NCBI GenBank assembly: GCA_937625935.1
Contig: OW569372.1
Span: forward strand, 310,001-374,000
Direction: 5' to 3'
Source: Tetramitus jugosus
Lineage: Eukaryota; Protista; Heterolobosea
Length of the DNA stretch: 64,000 bases
Position 1 is the first letter of the stretch. The number at the start of each line of letters is the position of its first letter. Position numbers and translations under genes: made by a program. The notes below the pieces were generated by a model. The model was not told where the DNA came from. It ran no database searches and saw only the letters and a program-made list of their open reading frames with translations. Positions 21,455-30,910 of the stretch are shown here, piece by piece.

Positions 21455-22450
21455 TTACATCGTCATTCCACCAACGAAATCCAAATAGCCCACAGCAAAC
21501 CATTGAGCCTTTCTCAATCTCCAGTATTGAGCAGTGATTGGCGCTGCGAATTGTTTTTCTACAATCACAGGTAAAGGCGCATCCAATTGCATCACGAAAT
21601 GATAATTGACGTTATCGTTCGAATATTCCAAATTGATACCTAAGCAGTAAGCGTCCCAACCACCGGATACCAATGGAGCAATCTTAACACCAGTGAATAG
21701 ACATGGGAATGGGAATGTGACACGAATGAACTCATCAGCTGAGTTATTAGTTGCACATCCCATGAGCAAATTCGTGTCTCTCAATGCTTCAACTGTATTA
21801 ATGGATGAAGCGTAGAGAGAACTCATTGTAATTGTGAAATCGGGCAAGTCACTCAAACTTTCTAATCCATTTGCTGTTGTCAACTTCAAACCAAAGTACT
21901 CTGCCTCGGCAAGTACTTGCTTCTTCTTTTGTGAATCCGTTGGCAGCTCTATACTTCCATTGCGCAAAAAGTCCAACATGAACGCAAACAACTTTCCGTT
22001 CCTATCGATAAAGTATCGTCCATTCTCATCTGGTTCCACTTTGAACTGACCAGAGAACATGCAGTCGAGGAGTGAGTTTGGTACAGCTCTTAGTGTATCT
22101 ACTGTTGTGCTGTAGTGAACACCACCGACATCGAGCTTGACAATCTGGTTATTGCTCGTGTGAATCTTGGTTATGACTTCCATGTTCTGTTTCATTCGTT
22201 CGAACAGATCAATCTCTTGCTGCAACTTTTCTCTCTCACGGTCCAACAGTTTCTTCTCTCGTGTGATATCTCTCTCCATGGACGCATATGCATCGGTCAA
22301 TCTTTGGCGGAAGAGCTCAGAGATGTTGGCAGTGGCTTCTTGCGCGATTTCCTTTACAAGTTTGCTGCCATTGTCAGATGACGAGGATGGAGAGCCAGAA
22401 CGACTGTTGGATCTCTTTTTTTTGGATGAAAGTGCGTTAAGCAGTGTCAT
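21455..22450 (-). CDS. KCTD-type BTB/POZ protein with N-terminal coiled coil and discoidin/galactose-binding-like C-terminal domain
   Basis: VKLDVGGVHYSTTVDTL..P.SLL..MFSG..YFIDRNG..F..MLDFLR.G..AEAEYFGL; C-terminal LEYSND...PITAQYWRL. Confidence 0.88.
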   Translation of the reverse strand: MTLLNALSSKKKRSNSRSGSPSSSSDNGSKLVKEIAQEATANISELFRQRLTDAYASMERDITREKKLLDREREKLQQEIDLFERMKQNMEVITKIHTSNNQIVKLDVGGVHYSTTVDTLRAVPNSLLDCMFSGQFKVEPDENGRYFIDRNGKLFAFMLDFLRNGSIELPTDSQKKKQVLAEAEYFGLKLTTANGLESLSDLPDFTITMSSLYASSINTVEALRDTNLLMGCATNNSADEFIRVTFPFPCLFTGVKIAPLVSGGWDAYCLGINLEYSNDNVNYHFVMQLDAPLPVIVEKQFAAPITAQYWRLRKAQWFAVGYLDFVGGMTM

Positions 22451-22620
22451 TACTTGTTTATCAGTATGCTTCTGTCTTTGTTGTTGTTTGTTTTTGTGTT
22501 TCTCTCTTGAATTTTGTTGTTTTTAATGTCTTTCGGCTTGAAGAACTTTGTGCGAGTTCTCCAAGTTCATGGCCACTTCACATCTGGAGAAGAGTTCACC
22601 AACAAGTTCATTTACCAGGT

Positions 22621-23673
22621 TTATTTTGGCTCGTTACTTACGGTAGCTGTTGGTGTGGCATGGAAGGAATGGACTTTGGAAAAGTTTTTGGCATTGGAAT
22701 AATTGTTTTGTCCCTTCCAGTAAATTTGTTCACAGTTGAGACATCTGAAGAATCGGTTATGTTCATTGTAAACTGTTTCATACACCTTCCCCTTGACAGC
22801 TTCCTTGGCAAGTGTTTCGATGCCAGAGTTGCACTTGAGACACTTTGAAAATATCCTGGATGCCTCGTAAGGAATTCTGAACACGTTCACGACTTCGTCA
22901 ATGATACCAATTGCACTTCTCGATTGCACATGATAGTACTTGTGTTCATAAAACTCATCCTCTTCCATATCCAATTCATCTTCCCATTCTTCTTCCTCGC
23001 TCTCTTCCTCCTGTTCGCTCTGACAACCATTTCCACCACCATTCTCCAACTGTATCATTCGTTCTTCTCTATGTTTCCGCTTCAGTTCCTCTCTGCTCTT
23101 TACCCATTGATTGAACAGCTCCTGCTTTTCGGTTTGTTCCCATAAATCATCCTTGTCAGCTTTCGTTGCATCATTCTCATCCTTCTTTATTGCATTGCTA
23201 CCACAGCCCATCTCTCTATCAAATCTCTTCCTCTGCAATCTCTTAATCTTCTCCAAGTGTTGCCTCTTGATCTGTTCCATGTGCTTTATCATAGCTCTGT
23301 TCTTTGTGAGAATAATTCTGTCTTGTGATCTGGCCAAATAGAGCAAATAATGAGAGTTGGCATCTCTTTCATAGGCACAATCGCAGCCCAGCATTCTCAA
23401 GTGCTTCACCAAACGTCCCAAGCTGCCATCACAAATAAACTTTAGTTCATCGATTGAGTGATTGAGAATATTCATGTCTCCATTGAGCAAGAACGGAAGA
23501 TTGGTGCACAGTTGCTTTGGAATCACTGATGGCTCATCATTCACAACGTTATTATCCTTATTGCTATGATCCACGGAAGTTGTAGTCGGTTTCCTATCGA
23601 TATTATTATTGTCCTTTGAAGTACTTTGATTCTGTTGAACTTTCATTTGCTCCTCTTGTTTCCTCGTCGTCAT
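22621..23673 (-). CDS. Mut7-C (PIN-fold RNase with Zn ribbon) domain protein
   Basis: FICDGSLGRLVKHLRMLGCD, ARSQDRIILTK, FSKCLKCN, FFRCLNCEQIYWKG. Confidence 0.88.
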   Translation of the reverse strand: MTTRKQEEQMKVQQNQSTSKDNNNIDRKPTTTSVDHSNKDNNVVNDEPSVIPKQLCTNLPFLLNGDMNILNHSIDELKFICDGSLGRLVKHLRMLGCDCAYERDANSHYLLYLARSQDRIILTKNRAMIKHMEQIKRQHLEKIKRLQRKRFDREMGCGSNAIKKDENDATKADKDDLWEQTEKQELFNQWVKSREELKRKHREERMIQLENGGGNGCQSEQEEESEEEEWEDELDMEEDEFYEHKYYHVQSRSAIGIIDEVVNVFRIPYEASRIFSKCLKCNSGIETLAKEAVKGKVYETVYNEHNRFFRCLNCEQIYWKGQNNYSNAKNFSKVHSFHATPTATVSNEPK

Positions 23674-24020
23674 TGATTAAGTATATTACTTCCCTTGTAT
23701 GTATGGTACACGTGTGTGCAGTGAGGTCTTTTTGTTTGGTGAAATTTTTAGATCAAAAGAATGAAAACGCAGTTCCAGTCTATAATTGCACTCAGAACAT
23801 GGGCAACATCACAATACATGTCATGAAAAATGTGTTTGTTTCAGCTGATATATCTCATGCTGGCCATGACGCACAGATCAAACATTTTGTGCCACACAGC
23901 CATGATACTCATTTTATTCCTTGATCAAGAGTATGTTTATTTACCAGATAGATTGCAGGCATTAAAAGATACATGGTCGGTATAACCAAATCACTGCTGA
24001 CAACAGCATTGTCATTTGTT

Positions 24021-25131
24021 TTAGAAGCCTATGCCACGTCTTCCTCTCTTCTCGTACGTAGTGTTGAACTTGTCGACAACATCGTTCATCTGGTTGGCAC
24101 CCTTGGTCATTGTAGCCATATAAGTGATCATCAAAGTCTCATTCAACTCATTAATGTACTCGTTGATAAACTTTGGAGAGTCTACGGCAGGCAATCGATG
24201 AATCAAGCTATTGACTTGTCTCATGAGCTTGTGATTCACTGGAATCTTACCACTTTGAACATCTTGCAAATATTGAATGAGAATCTGGATGCGATTGTTG
24301 AGCATATCCACTGCATTGCTCAATGTGGCAAAGTGTGGCACGAGAGCCGATGTCTCAGTGCTCGACTTTTCCATACGATTGACAAAATCAACCGAAATTC
24401 TCTCTGATTCCTCCGTTTCAATCTTGTAGGTAATTTCGGCCCAGGACAACACTTGTTCATTGTCCTTGTTCATGGCGACCTTGCTCTCATAAATGTACAG
24501 TGGAATGTCCTTTGCATTCTTAAACTTTGTTCCACACAGCAAAAAGAGTGGAGAGTCATTGTATTGCATGACTTGTTGATGGATGGGTGAGTCTTCGGTG
24601 GAATTGATGGACTCACCAGTGCTGTACCAACCCAATATTTCATAATTCTTGAACACTTGTGCATATTGTTCCATCTTGCGCTGCACGTACTCGTGATCAA
24701 TCGTAATGGCACCATTCTTTTCCAATTCGTAGACAAATTCAAACGAGGTACGGATTTCGACTCTTCTGCCTTCTTGAGTACCATACAAGGCACCAATCAC
24801 TCTTGGCTATATTTATGTGTGTGTGTGTGTGTTGATTGTCAATCCAAAAAAAAAGTGGGTAGAAAAGCTCTTCTGTTAGTTTTTTTTGAAACAGCTGTTT
24901 TTTTTTGTAGACAACGATGTCAAAAGAGAGACATGTCATTACAGGATTTTTCCGTTCGTGATAGCTGTTGTTGTTGTTGAATGTACATACAATTGTTTTA
25001 TCTTTTGGTGTCAGTTGAACCTTGGCACGAGTGTAATGATCAGAAATGTTGATAATAACAAGTGGATGAAGGTAGACATCCAATGCAGATTGACTCTCCT
25101 CGACTGTTGGTTGTTGTGATGAAGCGCTCAT
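24021..25131 (-). CDS. CSN6: COP9 signalosome subunit 6 (MPN), 2 exons, intron 24807-24990
   Basis: LHPLVIINISDHYTR..KTI|PRVIGALYGTQEGR.VEI..SFE, QVF..YEILGWYSTG, ETEESERISVD; GTATGT...TAG intron. Confidence 0.93.
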
Positions 25132-25267
25132 TGTGATAAATGGTGATCCTTTGGTTTGGTTGTTTCTCAAGTTTTGCTTTTTTTTGTTTGCTTTTTTTTT
25201 GGACGAGGCAAGTTCTTGTTCGTGTGTTCTCACTTAACCGGGAGAATTTTTACAATAAAACTCTTGT

Positions 25268-26233
25268 TTATTTGCTTGTGGATTGCTGTTGTTGATCTGA
25301 AAACTTTTTCTTGGCTTGCTCGACCAGGGGGATCAACTCATTCTTTTGAGCGAGCACCTTGAGTAGATTGACCAGGAATGGTACATAGTTGTGTCTTCTT
25401 CGAATGTTCTCCTCTCTCCATTTGGCACGTCTTTCTTCCTCCTGTTCGAGCTCATACTTGAGAGAGGCCAACTTGGCAGAGTCCGATTCACTCAACAAAG
25501 CCATCTCCTCTTGAATACTAGCTCTACGATCCTTGACTACGGCCAACAGATTGAATTTGATTTCATGTTGTGCATAGCGTTGGATCCGTTGTTCAATAAA
25601 TGGCACAACACTCTCAAACCACAAATTCTCCACTTCGTAGCTTCCTAGTTCAATAGGCCCTGGTTTCAATCCGTCCAACTCATACAGCAAACCATTCTTT
25701 GGAACATAGGCAATAAAATGAAAGACATCTTCTTGATCCTTGCTATCGTTGGATGCATCATCGTCCTTCTCCATGACAAACGGCTCTGGTCGAGCAAATG
25801 AGTTGTGCGCCTGTCGTATCACTTCACTGTTTCCAATCGACTCGCCAGTCATCTCCGGTCCAAATCCAGCACAAAAATTCTTGAATTGAGTCAACTCTTC
25901 TCCTAATTGAACACTACCGCCATCAGCACTACCGGCCTGTTCAATGTTGAACAAGATGCTGAGAATGGCCTGTGTAGCACAAGCATTGTTAATGACTTGT
26001 CTCGCAAAAAATACATTTCTTTTCTGACATTCATCGTAATCGAGCACAGGGCGATTGTCTGCCTCGGATTGCCACTTGAACAAAAATATGAGACCATAAA
26101 TGTTGGAACTCAATCGAGTCAATGACTCTGTAGACAAGTCATACAATTCTTCGACTTGAACTCCCTTGACACCAACAGTGTGGAGCAGTTCAGTAAATAC
26201 ACCAGGATCAGATTCAATTGTACACCAAGACAT
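25268..26233 (-). CDS. UCHL5: Ubiquitin C-terminal hydrolase UCH37/UCHL5
   Basis: MSWCTIESDPGVF, QVINNACATQA, FHFIAYVP, LYELDGL, ENIRRRHNYVPF. Confidence 0.95.
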   Translation of the reverse strand: MSWCTIESDPGVFTELLHTVGVKGVQVEELYDLSTESLTRLSSNIYGLIFLFKWQSEADNRPVLDYDECQKRNVFFARQVINNACATQAILSILFNIEQAGSADGGSVQLGEELTQFKNFCAGFGPEMTGESIGNSEVIRQAHNSFARPEPFVMEKDDDASNDSKDQEDVFHFIAYVPKNGLLYELDGLKPGPIELGSYEVENLWFESVVPFIEQRIQRYAQHEIKFNLLAVVKDRRASIQEEMALLSESDSAKLASLKYELEQEEERRAKWREENIRRRHNYVPFLVNLLKVLAQKNELIPLVEQAKKKFSDQQQQSTSK

Positions 26234-27014
26234 TTCTTGCAATGATTTTTTTTGTATCTCGTTCTTCAATTTGTTTGGTCAGTTTTTTGCGTACCATTAT
26301 TATTTTTAGGCGAAAGTTCCAAGTCCGACATCGGAGAAGAGGAAATTATCGGATTTTTACAGAACAGGAAACACTGAAAAAGGAACCACTGTAAAGTGGA
26401 GAAATCGTAAGTACGAAGATGTTTGACACGTCCCCTTATCCATAGATAGTGAGCAATTAGCAATTATGAGCTTCGAAATCTGTGGGAAGTATGACAGATG
26501 CTGTTGGTATAAGAAGTAGAAAATCCATTGTCGTGTATTTCACACTTCCCACAGCAACAATAAAACCAACGTACGCCCGAGAGATTGCCTATCACCGATG
26601 AGACGAGTTAAAAGACTGGTAAGAAGTCCTTTTGTTTGTTTGATATTTAAACCATGTTGCCATGTGCAGACATCTCACAATTCTCTTTCCAACCTTTTTC
26701 GACCTTCGTTTGGTAATTCGCCATTCCTTCCCATCACAAACTTCTGATGTGGATATTGCTCTTCTTTATTCATCCAGATAACGAAGCAAAGAATAGAGAA
26801 GAAAATAGAGCACTCCTCTAGCAAGTCCACCAGCCCACAACCTTCTCTTAAGCAGTCTGCTGATGTGAGAGCCAGTGGACTGTCAGATGTCAGCTCCGTT
26901 GAAGACTTACTCCTTAGAAGGGAAGGAGCGTCGGACACAACGCAAAACATCCAAATCTCCAGCCGTGAACAAGAGGGATATCAGCCACCCTCCGCGCGTT
27001 GCGATACGTTGCTG

Positions 27015-28778
27015 ATGGGTTATTCTGAGAATGATTATACGCAAAAGAGCACAAACACCAACACAAACCATTCCAACAACGAAACCAACCAACATACCAC
27101 CACCGGTGACACCACAACCAACCTCGACCAACCCTGCTACACACTATTCAACATGTCCCATACAAATACTGAAACAACAATGGAAGAAATTATAGAGTTG
27201 GATGCCATTCCCTCCTCTGCCATGATCATTACCACAGATATCATGTCTCCGGACAAAATTCTGTCACATCACCATCTTGGAGATGATGAAGAAGTGGAAG
27301 ATGAAATCTCACCCATGGGTACCACTACCACCCCAAGGACAAATCTGTTGACTCAACCACAACAACAACAAGAAGACCAATCATCACAAGAATTGACTCC
27401 AGAAGATGAACAAATCATGTATCATACACTCTCTTCATGCTCCACTCTCCGAGAACAATTGTTCCACCTCTGCACCCTGACCAATGACCGGGGACAGAGA
27501 ATTCTCCGATACATGCTCAACCGTCAACAACAGCAACACCAACAGTCACCACCATTATCCGACAGCAACAATAATGCCGGTGATGAAAAGAACAATAACA
27601 ACAACAACAATACAACAAATACACCAACCAACACCACCAACAATACTACCACTACCACCAACACTACCCAACCAGCAACAACAACAACAACAACTAACAA
27701 TACAACATTTGACATCAACAAGCTATTGGATGTCTCAAGAAACAACACTTCTCTCATGCACGTGTGTGCTCGAATGAACAATGTCGGTTGTCTCGAAGTA
27801 CTGCACCAGAATGGTGGACTGATTGATATACAGGATGACTTGAATGCCACACCACTCTTCTACGCATGTGCTCACAATTGTCAGGAATGTGCCGTGTATT
27901 TGTTGAGTCAGGGTGCCAACCCCAATCACAAGGACCGTTACGGTGGTCACTCACTTGCCATTTGCTTGCGTAATGATCATTTGGACCTGATGAAGATTCT
28001 GGTGCTGTTCAATGCTGATATTCACTTGAAGGGTCAACGTGGTAACACGTGTCTTCATTTGGCATGTGCCGAAGGCAGAATTAAGAAAGTGAGATACCTG
28101 TTGGAGGATTGTCGTGCCTCTGTCAGGAGAACGAATCGAGATGATGAACACGTCTTGTTCTCTGCGTTGCCCAACATTGGTGTCATTGATTACTTGTGCG
28201 ACAGTTTGGACCAAAAGGAGTTGACAAGTCTGTTGAGCCGTGTCAGTTCATTTGGTACCACTGTGTTTCACAAGTGTTGTGAGATGGGTTATCTCGATAC
28301 ACTCATGTCCATTATGAGAAAGTACATGGCCAAGGCATCGACAGACGCAGCATCACCCAACAGCAACAGTCTGGCTCACAAGAAACAATCACTAGAGTTC
28401 TTGGCCACAAGATTGAACGAAGGTGATACCACACGTGGATACACACCGTTGCACTATGCGGTCATTAACGAACGTGTGGAAGTGGTCAAATTCCTCTTGT
28501 CCATCAACGACATTGCCATCAATCATTGTGATTTGAGTGGTGATACAGCGTTGCATCATGCCATTCATGTGGGCAATAGGGCCATGTGCGACACACTGAT
28601 CCAATATGGTGCATCTGTGCGCATAAGGAATCACAAGAACATGGCATGTTGGGAAGCTGCGAGAGATGTGGACATTAAGCTCAACACGAGTGAAATATCA
28701 GCTCTCGAATACCTGTGGCACAGAAAGAACAAGAAGACATCTCTCAAGAAGAATATTCATCAGGCTAGTCTTGTCTAA
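27015..28778 (+). CDS. Ankyrin repeat protein with low-complexity N-terminus
   Basis: Multiple repeats: ATPLFYAC, GNTCLHLAC, GYTPLHYAV, GDTALHHAI; start uncertain (27015 or 27153). Confidence 0.88.
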   Translation: MGYSENDYTQKSTNTNTNHSNNETNQHTTTGDTTTNLDQPCYTLFNMSHTNTETTMEEIIELDAIPSSAMIITTDIMSPDKILSHHHLGDDEEVEDEISPMGTTTTPRTNLLTQPQQQQEDQSSQELTPEDEQIMYHTLSSCSTLREQLFHLCTLTNDRGQRILRYMLNRQQQQHQQSPPLSDSNNNAGDEKNNNNNNNTTNTPTNTTNNTTTTTNTTQPATTTTTTNNTTFDINKLLDVSRNNTSLMHVCARMNNVGCLEVLHQNGGLIDIQDDLNATPLFYACAHNCQECAVYLLSQGANPNHKDRYGGHSLAICLRNDHLDLMKILVLFNADIHLKGQRGNTCLHLACAEGRIKKVRYLLEDCRASVRRTNRDDEHVLFSALPNIGVIDYLCDSLDQKELTSLLSRVSSFGTTVFHKCCEMGYLDTLMSIMRKYMAKASTDAASPNSNSLAHKKQSLEFLATRLNEGDTTRGYTPLHYAVINERVEVVKFLLSINDIAINHCDLSGDTALHHAIHVGNRAMCDTLIQYGASVRIRNHKNMACWEAARDVDIKLNTSEISALEYLWHRKNKKTSLKKNIHQASLV

Positions 28779-28903
28779 AACATATACACAAATAAAAACA
28801 ATATTGGAAAAGAATTTATAGCTTAATTAATGCAGCGCAATTCCAGTCTATTGATTTGCAACAATGAGTGTGTTTGAGTGAGCCTTTGTCGCAAGACAGT
28901 ATT

Positions 28904-29560
28904 TTATTTTGATTGAGGAGCAATGGGAGGAGATACAATGGTTTTGAGTGCCAAATCAACAATCGTGCTCAACAATTGTTTACCATTGGTGTCCATGCGT
29001 TGAATCTGAGTCTCAAATCCCTTGTCCAACGAAATGCATATCAACAGGGGCAGTGACGACAGAATTGGATGATTGAAATTCGATAGTTTTTCAATCAATT
29101 GTCGTGCTATAAAATACTCTACGTGGATCAATTCTCTCGCACCACCACCACCATTATGATTGGCCAATGTATAGTCATCATAATCCAACACTTGTCTCTT
29201 ACCCATCAATATCTGAACAGTAAACGTACCGACTGTTGTTTCACTAGCAGTGTTATTGTCATCATTTTCATCATTTTCATCATCATCAAATGACATGTAA
29301 TTGGATGATGTGGTGGAGGATGGATCTACGTGTGCATCTCTCATGGCTCTAATAATGGTACCAGGCTTATTCAATTGACTGATATGAATCAGTGTCGTGT
29401 TTGAGAATTGTTGATAGAGAAATTCAGTGAACACTTGATTGATGTGGAATGCATTGTGATGTGTTTTGACTGGAATATGATTATTTTGTTGTTGTTGAAT
29501 GTTTAATCTCTTTTGGAGTTGTGCAGAGAGTTGATCCTCATGATCCAATAATGATGACAT
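28904..29560 (-). CDS. Proteasome assembly chaperone 3 (PAC3/PSMG3)-like
   Basis: TEFLYQQFSNTTLIHISQLNKPGTI, TVQILMGKR, IARQL, PLLICISL follow the PAC3 pattern; start MSSLL at 29560. Confidence 0.7.
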   Translation of the reverse strand: MSSLLDHEDQLSAQLQKRLNIQQQQNNHIPVKTHHNAFHINQVFTEFLYQQFSNTTLIHISQLNKPGTIIRAMRDAHVDPSSTTSSNYMSFDDDENDENDDNNTASETTVGTFTVQILMGKRQVLDYDDYTLANHNGGGGARELIHVEYFIARQLIEKLSNFNHPILSSLPLLICISLDKGFETQIQRMDTNGKQLLSTIVDLALKTIVSPPIAPQSK

Positions 29561-30161
29561 TTGTTGTTGTTTTGTTTGTGTATTGTTTTTTTGATCTGTC
29601 TTTGAACGACCAGATGATCCAAAAATATCCAGAGCTTCTACGACTAGGACCTGCAACTGCCATGTTGAATGATGGCCTCGTTGACGGAGATGGTCCAGCA
29701 GGTTCCTGATGTTCACTCCTCGATTCAGTTGGACTGAATGGATTGTATCTGGAATACAAAAATAACTTTATCCTGAAAAGTCTCGAGCGGTTAAAGGTTA
29801 CCTCCATTGCAGCTCACCTTCTCGGTTGTATTCTCCAAGCCCTTGGACAAATAAGAAAAAGATCCAGTTGAGATATTATCATAACTCCCCAGAGATTTCC
29901 TTTAAGAGACTTCTCGATCTTTCCAACTCGAGTAAACGTTAATTCTTATCTCTTCTTTATCCCAACACAGCAGTATGATCTTGCGATTCACAAATCGTAC
30001 TCCTATTGTATAGTTCATTTGTGTATTGTCCAAGTAATAATAAAAACATCAGTATTGAGTGATGTTTTGATGGGTGTATTTTCACGTTTTAAAGGAGCGA
30101 TTTTTGTATTCTTTTTCCAAGACACAAATCAACCCATAATCCCAAAAACAAGTACTTCAAG

Positions 30162-30722
30162 ATGAAAACCATCATCGTTATCGTTATTCTGCTCGTTTTC
30201 TATGCATACACATGCACATGTGATTGCACCAACTGCAAGGCTAATGAAGGTTGTTGCAATGACTTGAACAACAATGGAGGCCGCCCGACTTGTTACAACA
30301 AAGCCACTCATCAATGTAACAATGGGAACAGGCTCTGCCCTTTGAATCAGCTCTCCTGTGGAATCTCATGCTATCCACCTGCTGCATATCAATGCAACCC
30401 TGGAGATAAGTTGTGCCCACTCAATTTCCTATCCTGTGGAAATGCCTGCTACGACCCATTCCGTTTTGCCTGTTCTAATGGGCAATTGATTAACAAGTGC
30501 GTTCCTGGAGCTTGCGGTATATTGGCCTGCTGTCCAGCAGACGCTGGATGCTACAATCCAAATCACTTCTTCTGTACAAATACTGGCCTTGTTCCAAGAT
30601 GCTTTGTAATTCCAGGAAATGATCCAACAGTGTGTAGTGGCCACGGAACATGTGTAGGGTTGGATTCTTGTTCCTGCACCGGCGGCTTTACTGGATTTAA
30701 TTGTGCAATCCCTCCCAAGTGA
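30162..30722 (+). CDS. Secreted cysteine-rich protein with CBM52-like repeats and C-terminal EGF domain
   Basis: Signal peptide; repeats CYNKATHQC, SCGISCYPPAAYQC, SCGNACYDPFRFAC; EGF CSGHGTC..DSCSCTGGFTGFNC. Confidence 0.8.
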   Translation: MKTIIVIVILLVFYAYTCTCDCTNCKANEGCCNDLNNNGGRPTCYNKATHQCNNGNRLCPLNQLSCGISCYPPAAYQCNPGDKLCPLNFLSCGNACYDPFRFACSNGQLINKCVPGACGILACCPADAGCYNPNHFFCTNTGLVPRCFVIPGNDPTVCSGHGTCVGLDSCSCTGGFTGFNCAIPPK

Positions 30723-30910
30723 GAGAATGAAACTTGGTTGGAGAATCTCAGAGAAATCAATGGTTGTTAAGAATTGGAGTGTCTCTCCATCCAGGGCGTT
30801 TCCCAACGCTAATTGTATTATAGGAGTAAATAGTTTATCAAAGAACAAAGGTTTTAATTCATGAATAAATAGTTGTACGAGAAGTGGAACGATGAAGTTC
30901 AGAATTACAA

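Noticed and set aside
24807-24990. Relatively long CSN6 intron as a snoRNA host
   Set aside because: No convincing C/D or H/ACA box arrangement; mostly A/T runs and CA repeats
29561-30100. Short ORFs in the PAC3-to-Cys-rich-protein spacer
   Set aside because: No motif support; could be a relic but cannot be identified
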